Below, piece by piece: positions 19,327 to 29,688 of a stretch of DNA of 54,489 bases. The notes under the pieces were generated by a model. That model was given only the letters and a program-made list of their open reading frames with translations. It had not been told where the DNA came from and did not search any database. This DNA comes from a bacterium. Lineage in GTDB: Bacteria > Cyanobacteriota > Vampirovibrionia > LMEP-6097. How positions within the stretch are numbered: position 1 is the first letter of the stretch; each line of letters opens with the position of its first letter. The translations under genes and the position numbers were made by a program. The stretch covers positions 1-54,489 of the forward strand of contig JBJTTW010000267.1 in assembly GCA_046080385.1 (NCBI GenBank), given 5' to 3'.

Positions 19327-21258
19327 ATGTCATCGCCAATCAATGAAATTAAAGAGAAAGCTGACATAGTAGAACTTATCGCTGATCATATTCCAGTGAA
19401 AAGAGCTGGAGCAAGCTACGTCGCTAAATGTCCTTTTCACAATGATACTAAACCATCTATGCATATCAGCTCACAGAAAGGCATCTATAAGTGCTTTGCC
19501 TGTGGCGCTGGAGGAGATGTTTTCAAGTTCTGGTCTGAATACCATAATAAGGATTTTTCTGAAACTCTAAAAGACTTAGCCTTAAAGTATGGGGTAACTT
19601 TAAATCAGCATCCAGAGAATACCAGCAAACAGAAATTACAGAATGAATATTTAGAAATTCACTCAATAGCAGCCGATTATTATCATGAAAAACTTTTAGG
19701 TGCTGAATCCGCCGAGCTGTGCAGAAATTATCTCAGCGCAAGGCAGATAGATTTAAATACAATTAAGAATTTTAGAATCGGCTATTCACCGACATCTAAA
19801 GACGATTGGGGATTTTTAGTTAAACACTTAACTGGAAAATTAAAAATCAGCGAAGAAGAGATTTTCAAATCAGGGCTTGCCATTCATCATGAAAAATCAG
19901 GAAAATACTATGATCGCTTCAGAGATAGGCTGATGATCCCGATTACTAATGAGAAGGATGAAGTTATCGGCTTTGGGGCAAGGATTTTAGAGGATAATTC
20001 AGAGGCTCCTAAATATATCAATTCTCCAGAAACCGATATATATCATAAAGGTGATGAACTATTTGGGCTTTCACTTGCAAAAAAAGCTATTAAGGAAAAG
20101 GATTTCGTCATTTTAGTTGAAGGCTACTTTGATCAAATAGCCTTATATAAAGAAGGTTTTAAAAATACCGTTGCGAATCAGGGAACGGCACTTACACCTA
20201 AACAAGCTAAGCTTTTACTAAAATACTCGTCAACTAAAAGTATTTATCTCTGCTTAGATAGTGATAAGGCGGGTGAATTAGCTAAGGAAAGGGCTTTCGA
20301 AGTTATCATGCAAATCGCTGCTGAACTGAATCCTGAAATCAAAGTGATAGATTTACAAACAGCTAAAGACCCTGATGATTTCATAAAACTCTTTGGCAGA
20401 CCTAATCTTGAGCTTGAAATTAAAAATGCTAAATCTTTTATCGATTATAAAACAGATAAATTAATGCCTGAATTTAAAAAACAAGAATTTGGCCCTAGAG
20501 AAAAAGCTAATTTTATTTCTAAAATGTCTCGCTTCCTATATTTTATTAATAATAAAATCGAACTAAACGCTTATATACAGAAACTAGCTGCAAGACTGGA
20601 CCTCAGTAGTAACATCCTTGAAGAGCAGATCGGAAAAGAGTTTAAAAACCTTGCTAGGGAATTTGCAGTAACTAGAACTAATAACAGTAGTAATTCAGCT
20701 GCTTTTATTAACTCAAACAAGCCGGCGGAAGCCAGTCAAAACAAGCCTCGTGGATTTAATACTAATCAGCTATTCACATCACAAAATCAAAAGCATCAAA
20801 AATATTCTTCTATCAACTCAGATCCATTAAGCAGATTTGATATAGAGCTTTTAGCTATTATGCTTGATGACAGAAGACTTCTAGAAGAGTTTATGGCAAA
20901 CGAATACAGCTTAAATAAAGAAGAGTACCAGATTATACTTTCAGCTTTAGTTGACGTAAGCTTTGAAAATCCCGATGATGACACCAATAGTAAATTTAAA
21001 AAACTTAAAAATCACGAATCACTTGAAGACCTTAAATACTCTAGTGATTTAGCTGAAATAGCGATGGAATTAGAATCTGATAAAAAACAGTATCAGACTC
21101 GTTTTAATGAAATAATTTCAGTTTTAAGAAAACAAAAATCAGAAATTCTAAAACGTAAATTAGATAAAGAATTACAGGAAGCAGAAAAAAATAAAGATGA
21201 AGAAAATATTGGAAGACTACTTAAAGAGATTCAGCAGCTTTTAAAAGAATACTCTTAG
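19327..21258 (+). CDS. dnaG: DNA primase
   Basis: Zinc finger CPFHNDTKPS..CFACGAGGD and a Toprim region with EGYFD. Confidence 0.9.
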   Translation: MSSPINEIKEKADIVELIADHIPVKRAGASYVAKCPFHNDTKPSMHISSQKGIYKCFACGAGGDVFKFWSEYHNKDFSETLKDLALKYGVTLNQHPENTSKQKLQNEYLEIHSIAADYYHEKLLGAESAELCRNYLSARQIDLNTIKNFRIGYSPTSKDDWGFLVKHLTGKLKISEEEIFKSGLAIHHEKSGKYYDRFRDRLMIPITNEKDEVIGFGARILEDNSEAPKYINSPETDIYHKGDELFGLSLAKKAIKEKDFVILVEGYFDQIALYKEGFKNTVANQGTALTPKQAKLLLKYSSTKSIYLCLDSDKAGELAKERAFEVIMQIAAELNPEIKVIDLQTAKDPDDFIKLFGRPNLELEIKNAKSFIDYKTDKLMPEFKKQEFGPREKANFISKMSRFLYFINNKIELNAYIQKLAARLDLSSNILEEQIGKEFKNLAREFAVTRTNNSSNSAAFINSNKPAEASQNKPRGFNTNQLFTSQNQKHQKYSSINSDPLSRFDIELLAIMLDDRRLLEEFMANEYSLNKEEYQIILSALVDVSFENPDDDTNSKFKKLKNHESLEDLKYSSDLAEIAMELESDKKQYQTRFNEIISVLRKQKSEILKRKLDKELQEAEKNKDEENIGRLLKEIQQLLKEYS

Positions 21259-21259
21259 A

Positions 21260-21299
21260 GAGCACTGCTCAACTCCATTTTCTGCTATTTCATCGTTCT
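21260..21299 (-). repeat. Degenerate R1 end fragment
   Basis: gagcactgctcaactccattttctgctatttcatcgttct aligns to arm plus tccaatttctgcgttttcgtcgtcct. It starts 2 nt after the dnaG stop. Confidence 0.45.
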
Positions 21300-21326
21300 A
21301 CTGAATAACATTTCTTGCTCAAAAAC

Positions 21327-21357
21327 AAAAGACCAGCTCTTTTAAAGCTGGTCTTTT
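21327..21357. terminator. Bidirectional terminator between convergent dnaG and rplT
   Basis: aaaagaccagct-cttttaa-agctggtctttt, a 12-bp stem with A/T runs on both sides. Confidence 0.8.
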
Positions 21358-21376
21358 AAAAATATAGATTCAGAAA

Positions 21377-21742
21377 CTAAGCAGCAACTGCGATAATAGC
21401 AGCTTTAGCTTGATCAACCAATTTAGCAAAGGCAACTTTATCATTAACAGCGATATCTGCAAGCATTTTTCTATTAATAATAATGTTAGCTTTATTTAAA
21501 CCATTTATAAGCTGACTATAAGAAATACCTAGCTCTCTTGCAGCAGCGTTAATCCTCTGAATCCAAAGACCTCTAAAATCTCTTTTCTTAAGCTTTCTTC
21601 CGATGTAAGCCTTTTTAAGACCTTTCATCATAGACTGCATAGCAGCAACGAAGATCTTACTTCTGCTACCAGCATAACCCTTGGTAAGTTTTAATACCTT
21701 CTTATGTTTTTTTCTATTTACATTACCTCTTGTGACTCTCAT
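21377..21742 (-). CDS. rplT: 50S ribosomal protein L20
   Basis: [23 protein letters not shown].. Confidence 0.95.
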   Translation of the reverse strand: MRVTRGNVNRKKHKKVLKLTKGYAGSRSKIFVAAMQSMMKGLKKAYIGRKLKKRDFRGLWIQRINAAARELGISYSQLINGLNKANIIINRKMLADIAVNDKVAFAKLVDQAKAAIIAVAA

Positions 21743-21787
21743 GACTTACCTCTTGAAAAATAAAATTCCTAAATCTTTTACCTAAAA

Positions 21788-22000
21788 CTATCTCGCATAC
21801 TTAGTATACGGGAACATAGACATAATTCTCTCCATTTGAGACTCATGCACTTCGCCCTCTGGCTTTCTTAAACGTCTTTTATGTTTAGCAGACATACCTG
21901 TATTCAAGTGGCTGATACCACCTTTCTTAAAAGTTAGCTTACCTGTGCCAGTTAACTTGAATCTTTTTTTTGCCGATTTATTAGTCTTACGCTTTGACAT
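21788..22000 (-). CDS. rpmI: 50S ribosomal protein L35
   Basis: Small basic protein directly upstream of rplT. Confidence 0.9.
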   Translation of the reverse strand: MSKRKTNKSAKKRFKLTGTGKLTFKKGGISHLNTGMSAKHKRRLRKPEGEVHESQMERIMSMFPYTKYAR

Positions 22001-22116
22001 ACTGAAAGTAAAATCTTAACAAGTTTTATAGAGAAAAGTCAGATAATTTATATTAAAACAATATTTAGATCATATATATAATTTATTATGGACGTGTAGC
22101 CATCGGTACCACATAA

Positions 22117-22779
22117 ATGCCTCAAGCGACAGTCATATTTAAACACTATCTAGATCTGGATTCCACCATGAACGAAGCCAAAAGGCTTATCAAAGAGAGT
22201 TCTGAATATAAATCAGGCTCGATAATCTGCATAAGTGCTGATTTTCAATCACAAGGACGCGGGCAGCATGGCAAAAGCTGGGCATCACCACGTGGAGCTG
22301 GTCTTTATCTATCTTTAGTCAGTGATCTTAAAATCCCCTCGGAGAACGCATCTATATTAGCTACTGAACTCTGCATTAGATCACTAGAAGATAGTCTCAA
22401 GCGAGTTAAAGCTCACAACTTAGCTAATAATGTGAATTCAAAAGATGACAAAAGTTCAAAAGATAAAATTATTGAGAATTGTGAGTTTAAACTAAAACCA
22501 CTCAATGATATCTACGTTAATAACTGCAAGCTAGCTGGGATACTCCTAGAAAAGTTCGTTTTTAAAGATACTGAATACCATACAGTAGGTATAGGGATTA
22601 ATCTTTACAAAAGTAGTTATCAGTTAAAAGAAAGTTCTCTTGAGATGGCAAAAGCAATGCCTATCAGCTTAGAGGAGATTAGCAGCATCAATGCCACTCA
22701 AGATTTAGCAAAAAGCTTATTAAATGACTTATCTGAGAACTTTTTGAAATACTTTTATTTACCCACACAAGAATATTAA
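22117..22779 (+). CDS. birA: Biotin--[acetyl-CoA-carboxylase] ligase, no N-terminal HTH (group I)
   Basis: GRGQHGKSWASPRGAGLYLS motif. Confidence 0.75.
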   Translation: MPQATVIFKHYLDLDSTMNEAKRLIKESSEYKSGSIICISADFQSQGRGQHGKSWASPRGAGLYLSLVSDLKIPSENASILATELCIRSLEDSLKRVKAHNLANNVNSKDDKSSKDKIIENCEFKLKPLNDIYVNNCKLAGILLEKFVFKDTEYHTVGIGINLYKSSYQLKESSLEMAKAMPISLEEISSINATQDLAKSLLNDLSENFLKYFYLPTQEY

Positions 22780-22846
22780 TGTTTCATTTATAAAAAATAC
22801 AAGAATTATTTTTGAAAGCATTTTATAATTTAAAGTCGATCTGAGA

Positions 22847-22923
22847 CGGGACATGGCTCAGCTTGGTAGAGCGCTTCGCTTGGGACGAAGAGGTCGCAGG
22901 TTCAAATCCTGCTGTCCCGACCA
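22847..22923 (+). tRNA. tRNA-Pro (anticodon UGG), CCA encoded
   Basis: Folded by hand. Acceptor cgggaca/tgtcccg, D stem gctc/gagc, anticodon stem cttcg/cgaag with loop cuUGGga, T stem gcagg/cctgc, ending in ACCA. Confidence 0.9.
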
Positions 22924-22944
22924 TTTTTATTGATTAAAGCGAAC

Positions 22945-24288
22945 TCAGGCAGCAAAAGACAGTTCAGAAAAGCGAATCTCTGGAGCAAAAAAATCACCCG
23001 AATTAGAGGGCTTTATCTCAGACCCAATAAGCATAATATCTTTGAGCATCTGATAAAAATTACCCTTCACCGTAGTCTCTTTAAAGCTAAACTTCTTAGC
23101 CCCATCCTCTAAAACATAGCCAGCGACACCGAAAGAAAAATCTCCCGAAATTAAATTAGCGCCAGAATGAAGACCATCTAATCTTGTAACATAGAGCAGC
23201 CGTCCTTTATAAAGCTCTGCATGCAAGCTCAATCCAGCAGCGATTTCCGGCTGATGCAGTTGCACATCTAAAGATGATTTCGGGCTTCTTTTCCCATGGC
23301 CAGAGCTTTTAGTAGCAAAAAAATTAGCCGTGTACGAATTATAAATACCATCAATAAAATATCCATTTTCAATAAGAGTATGATTAGCTGTAGCCACGCC
23401 CTCATCATCAATTAAAAGACGCCCCAGTCCATAAGCAGCCCTAGGTCTATCATAGACACTAAGTAAAGGTGAGGCTATTAAAGAATTTCGCTGTTTCCAT
23501 AATGGATTTAGTTCTTTACGAGCGGCTTCTGAAGAGAAAATCACACTAAAGGTATGAAACATCTCTTCAAAAGTTTCAGGATTAAAAACCACGTCATAGT
23601 GTCCATTACTTAAGGGCCTAGCATCAAGCATAGCTAAACTTTCTTCATAAACTTTTTTAGCCATTTCACGAGGATTAATCTCATCTAAATTTGCATAACT
23701 GTAACTAATATAATCAAAAGTCTGCTTAGCTTCATGCTCAAGTAAACATGAACTGGTCGCCCTTACTTGCTTTCGCGATAGCTCAGAATTTAGTCCTTTA
23801 GAGTTCCTTATAAAAGTTCTTGCACTAGAAAATGCTAAACCATTACAGGGAACTGATTTAACATGACTAGATAAATTAAAAACTTCATTTTCTAATTCCC
23901 TAGCTAAAGCTAATTTTTCTTCTATAGAAATATCTAATCCCTGATTAAGTTCTGCATTATCATCTATTACATTAATGGTTTCTAGAGCTAAAAGCTGCTT
24001 CGGGTTAGGTGTAGAAAATTTAAGACTAAGCATAGCTTGCTCACAGACAGCTTTTAAAGACTCTAAATCTAAAGCTTCTGTATAGCTCACTCCCACTTTC
24101 CCATCAAGAAATAATCTAACCCCGAGTACCTGATTCTGAGTGATTTTCTGCTCTAAGACTTTTCCTTTATCATGGGAATAAATTTCAGAGTTAGAATCTT
24201 TCATCAGCACTTCATAATCATTCACGCCAAGCTGCTTACAATTAGTCGAAACTTCCTCTAAAACTAAATCTACTTTTCTATCGGTCAT
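22945..24288 (-). CDS. pmbA: Metalloprotease PmbA/TldE
   Basis: PmbA/TldD family member lacking the HExxxH-type motif. Stop/start overlap with tldD. Confidence 0.85.
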   Translation of the reverse strand: MTDRKVDLVLEEVSTNCKQLGVNDYEVLMKDSNSEIYSHDKGKVLEQKITQNQVLGVRLFLDGKVGVSYTEALDLESLKAVCEQAMLSLKFSTPNPKQLLALETINVIDDNAELNQGLDISIEEKLALARELENEVFNLSSHVKSVPCNGLAFSSARTFIRNSKGLNSELSRKQVRATSSCLLEHEAKQTFDYISYSYANLDEINPREMAKKVYEESLAMLDARPLSNGHYDVVFNPETFEEMFHTFSVIFSSEAARKELNPLWKQRNSLIASPLLSVYDRPRAAYGLGRLLIDDEGVATANHTLIENGYFIDGIYNSYTANFFATKSSGHGKRSPKSSLDVQLHQPEIAAGLSLHAELYKGRLLYVTRLDGLHSGANLISGDFSFGVAGYVLEDGAKKFSFKETTVKGNFYQMLKDIMLIGSEIKPSNSGDFFAPEIRFSELSFAA

Positions 24289-25676
24289 TATGAAAGCTCC
24301 CCACCAACTAATATCTCATCAACCTTAAGAGGCGGCTGCCCTACAGTTACTGGAACTGAACCACTAACCGAACCACACATTCCAGCTGCGAGTTCTAATT
24401 CTTTACCCACCATAGAAATTCTCTGTAATATTTCAGGGCCTGCACCGATTAAAGTCGCTCCTTTAACAGGCTTCGTTAGCTTACCATTCTCGATTAAATA
24501 ACCACTGTTCACCACAAAATTAAACTCACCAGTACCAGGAATCACACTACCACCACCTAGGCTCTCAGCGTAGAGACCGTAATCTATAGAAGAAATTAAT
24601 TCATCTCGAGAAAAATCACCTGGGCAAATAAAAGTATTACGCATACGTGAAGCTGGTGCATAACGATAACTTTCACGTCTAGCAGAGGCACTCAGCGGAT
24701 ACTGTGTTTTCAAATGTCCGACATAATCCACCAGAAAGTTTTTTAAAATCCCATTCACGATTAATTCAGTTCGTTTCGTCTGACGCCCCTCATCATCTAT
24801 CCTAATACTGCCCCACTTATCAGCGATAGTACCGTCATCTACAGCAGTAACGGCTGTATTTGCAATCTGCTGATTCATCTTATCCCAAAAAACACTAGAA
24901 CGCCTTTCTACACTAGTAGTCTCCAAAAGATGCCCGCAGGCTTCATGAAAAATAACACCACCAAAAGCATTCTCTAAAATGACAGGCATTTTTCCAGCAG
25001 GGCAGGCTATCGCAGAGAGCTTTCTTAATGCTCTTGAAACGACTTTCTCGCCAAGGCTCTCAGAATCAAGCTTACGGATAAAATCCATATCCATAGTAGC
25101 ACCTGGAGCTTCATAAGCATCCTCTCTTAAATTAGCATCCTCGGCGATAGCCGTTACGCTAAGGCGAATATAATTACGAGTATCAGAAACATTTAAGCCT
25201 TCTGAATTATATATCTGCACTTCCTGCCTGCTTTGTGCGAGATTTAAATTTACTTGGACAAGCTTCTCACTCAAAGAACGCATCTGCCTATCCATGTTTA
25301 ATAAAAATTCTATTTTCTCTTGCCAGTCTTCATTTTTCAGACCAGAATCTAAATCACTCCCCAAAAGGGTTTTAGTAAATGGCAATGTAAGCTTTTCTTC
25401 AGAAAAACTTGCATTAGACTTAAGCTTAGAAACTATTTTTAACAGCTCTAGCTCATCTAAAGTACTTGCAGTACCGTAATAAACTTCAGAACCATAAATC
25501 AGGCGTATACCTAAACCGAAATCTATACCAGAATTAATCGAATCTAGCTGTTTAGAAGCCTGTTTAAAAGTTAAATGATTTTTCCTTTCGATAAAAATAT
25601 CACAGAAATCAGCACCCTGCCGCAACGCATGATTAATAAGATTCTCTGCGATTTTAGGATCTAAAAGAGGTTCCAT
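24288..25676 (-). CDS. tldD: Metalloprotease TldD
   Basis: ..GGVIFHEACGHLLE.. motif. Confidence 0.9.
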   Translation of the reverse strand: MEPLLDPKIAENLINHALRQGADFCDIFIERKNHLTFKQASKQLDSINSGIDFGLGIRLIYGSEVYYGTASTLDELELLKIVSKLKSNASFSEEKLTLPFTKTLLGSDLDSGLKNEDWQEKIEFLLNMDRQMRSLSEKLVQVNLNLAQSRQEVQIYNSEGLNVSDTRNYIRLSVTAIAEDANLREDAYEAPGATMDMDFIRKLDSESLGEKVVSRALRKLSAIACPAGKMPVILENAFGGVIFHEACGHLLETTSVERRSSVFWDKMNQQIANTAVTAVDDGTIADKWGSIRIDDEGRQTKRTELIVNGILKNFLVDYVGHLKTQYPLSASARRESYRYAPASRMRNTFICPGDFSRDELISSIDYGLYAESLGGGSVIPGTGEFNFVVNSGYLIENGKLTKPVKGATLIGAGPEILQRISMVGKELELAAGMCGSVSGSVPVTVGQPPLKVDEILVGGELS

Positions 25677-25906
25677 AGGTCTTAATCATATTACAGAATG
25701 CTATTTAAAAATATTAAGCTAGGTATCTCCGACTGGGGAAGCATTGATACCTAGCCTAATTTAAGATGGTGGCTCAAATTAAACACCATCTTATTTTCTC
25801 AGCGATTATCGTGTGAGGAATTCTCGGCTGAGAAAACTCCCGAATTAATGGACTGCCTATAAAACGCACAGCTCATCAATGTTTCAACGATAGGCAGAAT
25901 TATTAA

Positions 25907-25935
25907 TTGACCTAAACCTTAACAGGATATAATAT
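25907..25935 (+). promoter_or_regulatory. Near-consensus sigma70-type promoter with no downstream + strand gene
   Basis: TTGACC, 17-nt spacer, TAATAT. Confidence 0.5.
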
Positions 25936-25941
25936 AGTCCC

Positions 25942-26005
25942 TGAGGGTTGGTGTGCGTAGTTCTGCTTCAAAAGACTTCCACCCAGCCCTCTTTAATTAA
26001 GTTTT
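25942..26005 (+). ncRNA. Candidate very short transcript: GC-rich hairpin plus U-rich tail just downstream of the promoter
   Basis: gagggttggtg-N26-cacccagccctc (11 bp with one bulge), then tttaattaagtttt. Confidence 0.3.
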
Positions 26006-26165
26006 AGACATTGTAGATTAGATCACCCAAGAACAGTGAAATGACAGTTATTCAATTATATAAAAAGTAAAATCATAGACGACTTCCAATCACAATTTAA
26101 CAGTTCTGCTTCACATATAAATATTTCATAGAATAAAGAAAATTACAAGCTTTTTTGAATTTATC

Positions 26166-29069
26166 TTAAACTATCATGCCATGGCGCATAGTATTCTCGG
26201 TCACAGTCTTCTCTTCCAAAAACTGCAAGAGATAATTAGGACCACCGGCCTTATAACCAATACTAGAAAGCTTAGTACCACCGAAAGCCTGCCTGCTGAC
26301 TATCGCACCTGTACAAGCTTGATTTATATATAAATTACCTAAGTTAAAATTCTCTTTAGCGTAATCAATATTTTCAGGGCTTCTTGAAAAAATAGCTCCA
26401 GTAAGCCCATATTTAGAGTCATTCGCAAGATCAATAGCAGAATTAAAGTCATCTACCGCAAATAGACAGAGAATCGGTGCAAAGATTTCATCCTGAGCAA
26501 GAGTACTACGGGGAGAAACATTTTCAACTATGACTGGGGTCACTTTAAATGAATCTTTATCCATATCCATATTACTGTCGACTAAGACTGAAGCCTCACG
26601 CCTAGCTAAATTTAAATATGTCTGAAATTTTTGAAAGGCCTTCTCGTTAATCAAAGAAGACATTTCAGACTCAGCTAAATAAGCAGGTCCCACACTAATG
26701 GCTCCCACAGCAGCCACTAATCTCTCTTTAACTCTTTCATAGATACTGCTAACTAAAATCAATCTAGAACAAGCTGAACACTTCTGTCCTGAAAAAGAAA
26801 AAGCAGATTTTAAAATAGCTGGAATTAACTGGTCTAGGTCAGCAGTTTCATCGGCCACGATAGCATTTTTACCGCCCATCTCGGCGATTAGTTTTTTCTT
26901 TAAATGAGGATGCTCATTTAGGCTCCTATTAATCTGCATACCTATTTCATGTGATCCCGTAAAAGTAATCAGGTTAACATCCTTATGCTTAACCAATTCT
27001 GCACCTATTTCCGTGCCTGAACCAAGTAACAACTGCACCACTGACTCCGCATATTTAATATCTTTAAAAGGAAAAGAATCACGAATCACCTTATTTAAAT
27101 CAGTAACTAATTTATATGCAATAGCTGGTGCTTCCTCAGAGGGTTTAATAACAACAGTATTTCCCGTAAGCAAGGCAGCTGAAGTCATCCCAAGCAATAT
27201 AGCTAAAGGGAAATTCCAAGGAGAAATTACAGCAGTTACTCCTAAGGCCTTATAGAAATTAGTATTCGCTTCACCAGGTAGTGACCTTAATTCATTTTCT
27301 GAAAACAAACTCTCAGCTTGCTCTGCATAATAATATATAAAATCAATAGCCTCTGAAAGTTCAGCATTAGCCTCATTCCAAGTCTTAGCCACCTCTAAAA
27401 TTAAGAGAGCTGCATAATCTTGTCGCTTCCGCTCTAAAAGCCTAGCAAAAGCCTTCATAATCTTAATTCTTTTCTGCACAGCTAGATGCGACCACCACAT
27501 AAAAACCCGCTTTGAATTATTAACGGCAAAATTAACATCACTAATTTCAGCAGCATGAGCATAAGCCACTACTTGATTTTTTTGAGAAGGATTAACTGAG
27601 GCAAAAGTCTTTCTTAGAAGAACATCCTTACCATTTACAATCGGATAGACTTCTAATGGGCGCTGCGCAATCTGCTTCATAAGCTGCTCAATAGCAAACT
27701 GCATTTCAAAACGTGTTCTAATTTTAGAAAAATCCAGAAGTGGCGAATTTGTAAATTCTTGGTCAGCACAGTCATCTAACTTAATTGATAAAAGATTATT
27801 TGATACTGGCTTTTGAATAAGCTTGTCTAGATTATCATCACTCAAGCTTTGAAATAGAAATGAATCATTTGCAGTATTCTCTAAAAGCCTTCTAACTAAA
27901 TACGCCATGCCCTCCACTAAATCACCACAAGGTAGATAAACTCTCACACCATAAGCACGCTCACACAGAAAGAATTTCATATGATCTAGCATTCCATAAA
28001 GGAACTGAAACTCATATCTATCTTTATCCACCTTGTAAAGCTTTGCAAGCTCGATAGTTAAAGCGATAGAGCGAATATTATGGCTAGCTATAGCAGGGAA
28101 AATATATTTATTATTTTTAAAAAGTAGTTCCAGTAATTCTTCATAATTCTTATCAGTCTCTACTTTCCTTTCATAGACTGGAATATTCCAATTATTCTGA
28201 ATCGCCACCGCTCTTTCATAATCCCAATAAGCACCTTTAACCAATCTAATTTTCAAAGAAGCTTTTCTCTTCTGAGAAAATTCTATAAAAGAAATTAAAT
28301 CACTTTTACTTTCCTTTAGATATGCTTGTATAACAACTCCTGCGCCAGACCAATGTTTAAACTCTTCTGTCAACAACAACTCTTTTACCGTATCAAAAAA
28401 CAATGTTTTCGTATCGTAATGTTCGCTGTCTATAGTTATTTCAGAGCCATTGCCCAAAGCAGCGCGAAAAATTTTCGCTAAGTTATCTTTTAAGATTTTT
28501 TTATTCACCTCATAAGCACTAGCTTTTATCTGCGGGCACAGACTTGACAATTTAACAGATAAAGCAATGCTTGGCTTAGTTTCAAGTAAATCTAAATATG
28601 TTTGTAAATATTTTTCTGACTCCTCTTGACTAATAGCAAGTTCGCCTAAAATATCTAAAGTACAATCCAAGCCAGAAAAGCGAAGCTCTTCTATTTTCTT
28701 AGATAATTTCCGTTCATCATTATCAACAATAAAATTCTTAGCCAGGGATTTAACACCAAATTTAGTAAAATAATCTATCAGTGAAGCTCCCAATGGTAAA
28801 CGAGCAGCAAAATAAATTAAATCACCAAGAAATAAATCCTCTTCCCTCATATACTCCAAGAGATACTTACTTACCATTTCAGGCGTCTTCAGACTTGGAT
28901 ATAAATCAACAAATTTAAATAACTGTTTTTGCAGTCGTGGATTTTTAGACGAGAATAAAAGAACCTGTTGACTCCACCAAGCCAAATCTAAAAGCTTAAT
29001 ACGCTTAAGCTCTTCCTTATGAAACTCTAATAATTCTTTAGCTCTTAAATAAACTGGGTCCAAGTCCAC
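26166..29069 (-). CDS. putA: Bifunctional proline dehydrogenase / 1-pyrroline-5-carboxylate dehydrogenase
   Basis: 967 aa. N-terminal PRODH barrel and C-terminal ALDH with FTGS, EMGGKNA and GQKCSACSR motifs. Confidence 0.9.
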   Translation of the reverse strand: MDLDPVYLRAKELLEFHKEELKRIKLLDLAWWSQQVLLFSSKNPRLQKQLFKFVDLYPSLKTPEMVSKYLLEYMREEDLFLGDLIYFAARLPLGASLIDYFTKFGVKSLAKNFIVDNDERKLSKKIEELRFSGLDCTLDILGELAISQEESEKYLQTYLDLLETKPSIALSVKLSSLCPQIKASAYEVNKKILKDNLAKIFRAALGNGSEITIDSEHYDTKTLFFDTVKELLLTEEFKHWSGAGVVIQAYLKESKSDLISFIEFSQKRKASLKIRLVKGAYWDYERAVAIQNNWNIPVYERKVETDKNYEELLELLFKNNKYIFPAIASHNIRSIALTIELAKLYKVDKDRYEFQFLYGMLDHMKFFLCERAYGVRVYLPCGDLVEGMAYLVRRLLENTANDSFLFQSLSDDNLDKLIQKPVSNNLLSIKLDDCADQEFTNSPLLDFSKIRTRFEMQFAIEQLMKQIAQRPLEVYPIVNGKDVLLRKTFASVNPSQKNQVVAYAHAAEISDVNFAVNNSKRVFMWWSHLAVQKRIKIMKAFARLLERKRQDYAALLILEVAKTWNEANAELSEAIDFIYYYAEQAESLFSENELRSLPGEANTNFYKALGVTAVISPWNFPLAILLGMTSAALLTGNTVVIKPSEEAPAIAYKLVTDLNKVIRDSFPFKDIKYAESVVQLLLGSGTEIGAELVKHKDVNLITFTGSHEIGMQINRSLNEHPHLKKKLIAEMGGKNAIVADETADLDQLIPAILKSAFSFSGQKCSACSRLILVSSIYERVKERLVAAVGAISVGPAYLAESEMSSLINEKAFQKFQTYLNLARREASVLVDSNMDMDKDSFKVTPVIVENVSPRSTLAQDEIFAPILCLFAVDDFNSAIDLANDSKYGLTGAIFSRSPENIDYAKENFNLGNLYINQACTGAIVSRQAFGGTKLSSIGYKAGGPNYLLQFLEEKTVTENTMRHGMIV

Positions 29070-29087
29070 AACTGTATTATAAGCTGA

Positions 29088-29603
29088 CTATGCTATCAAA
29101 TCAACCAACATACCTTCAACCAAATCTAAAGATGCCGCAATTTTGAGTTCACCAGACTGATCTTTAAAATAATCTTTCGCCATCTGATCTAACTCTTCAT
29201 CTACGATTTTAATTCTTTCAAAAAAACCATCTTCAGAATTCTCTCCCTCGTAAGCCTTATCTTTAATATCCGTTAAAAAAGAATGAACAGCAGTTAAATA
29301 ATCGGTCATAACTCCTGGTGTGAAATATTTTTTTACTGCCCCACCTAATTTTTTAATGTCAGCAAGCTGATTTCTAAAATCTTCAGTTTTTAAATTTTTT
29401 AATTTATCTGCATTTAATTGGTGAGCAATAAATCCTTCAAAATTAGTCTCTTGAATATTATTAATTAACTGAGTATTAATAGATTTAGCATTAACTTTAG
29501 AATTACTAGGAGCGCCTAATTTATCCGCTAAATTACCGAGGCCAGCCCTAATGCCTACATCATTTCCCATACTCGCAGAACCTAGTGCATTCAAGACCAT
29601 CAC
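29088..29603 (-). CDS. Hypothetical protein (possibly YaaR/DUF327-like)
   Basis: 171-aa ORF 18 nt upstream of putA. Only weak remembered similarity. Confidence 0.4.
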   Translation of the reverse strand: MMVLNALGSASMGNDVGIRAGLGNLADKLGAPSNSKVNAKSINTQLINNIQETNFEGFIAHQLNADKLKNLKTEDFRNQLADIKKLGGAVKKYFTPGVMTDYLTAVHSFLTDIKDKAYEGENSEDGFFERIKIVDEELDQMAKDYFKDQSGELKIAASLDLVEGMLVDLIA

Positions 29604-29688
29604 CTAAAATATCCCCCAAACTAACTAAAAATTACTAGATAAAACAGACTATATTTTGCTATTATCTATAAGTCCAGGAAATCAAGAC

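Noticed and set aside
22081-22110. ggacgtgtagccatcgg upstream of birA resembles an R1 arm (gggcgtgtagccgaac).
   Set aside because: There is only about a 13-nt partial match, with no adjacent core sequence. This is too short to distinguish from chance.
25677-26165. The structured spacer might be RNase P RNA, tmRNA, SRP RNA or 6S RNA.
   Set aside because: I could not find the diagnostic motifs on either strand: GGAAAGUCC or ACAGAACCCGGCUUA for RNase P, a tRNA-like GGUUCGA..CCACCA end or a tag ORF for tmRNA, or the GGAA tetraloop with flanking AGCA/GGAAGCAGCC for SRP helix 8. Only a vague GAAGCAGAAC resemblance was seen.
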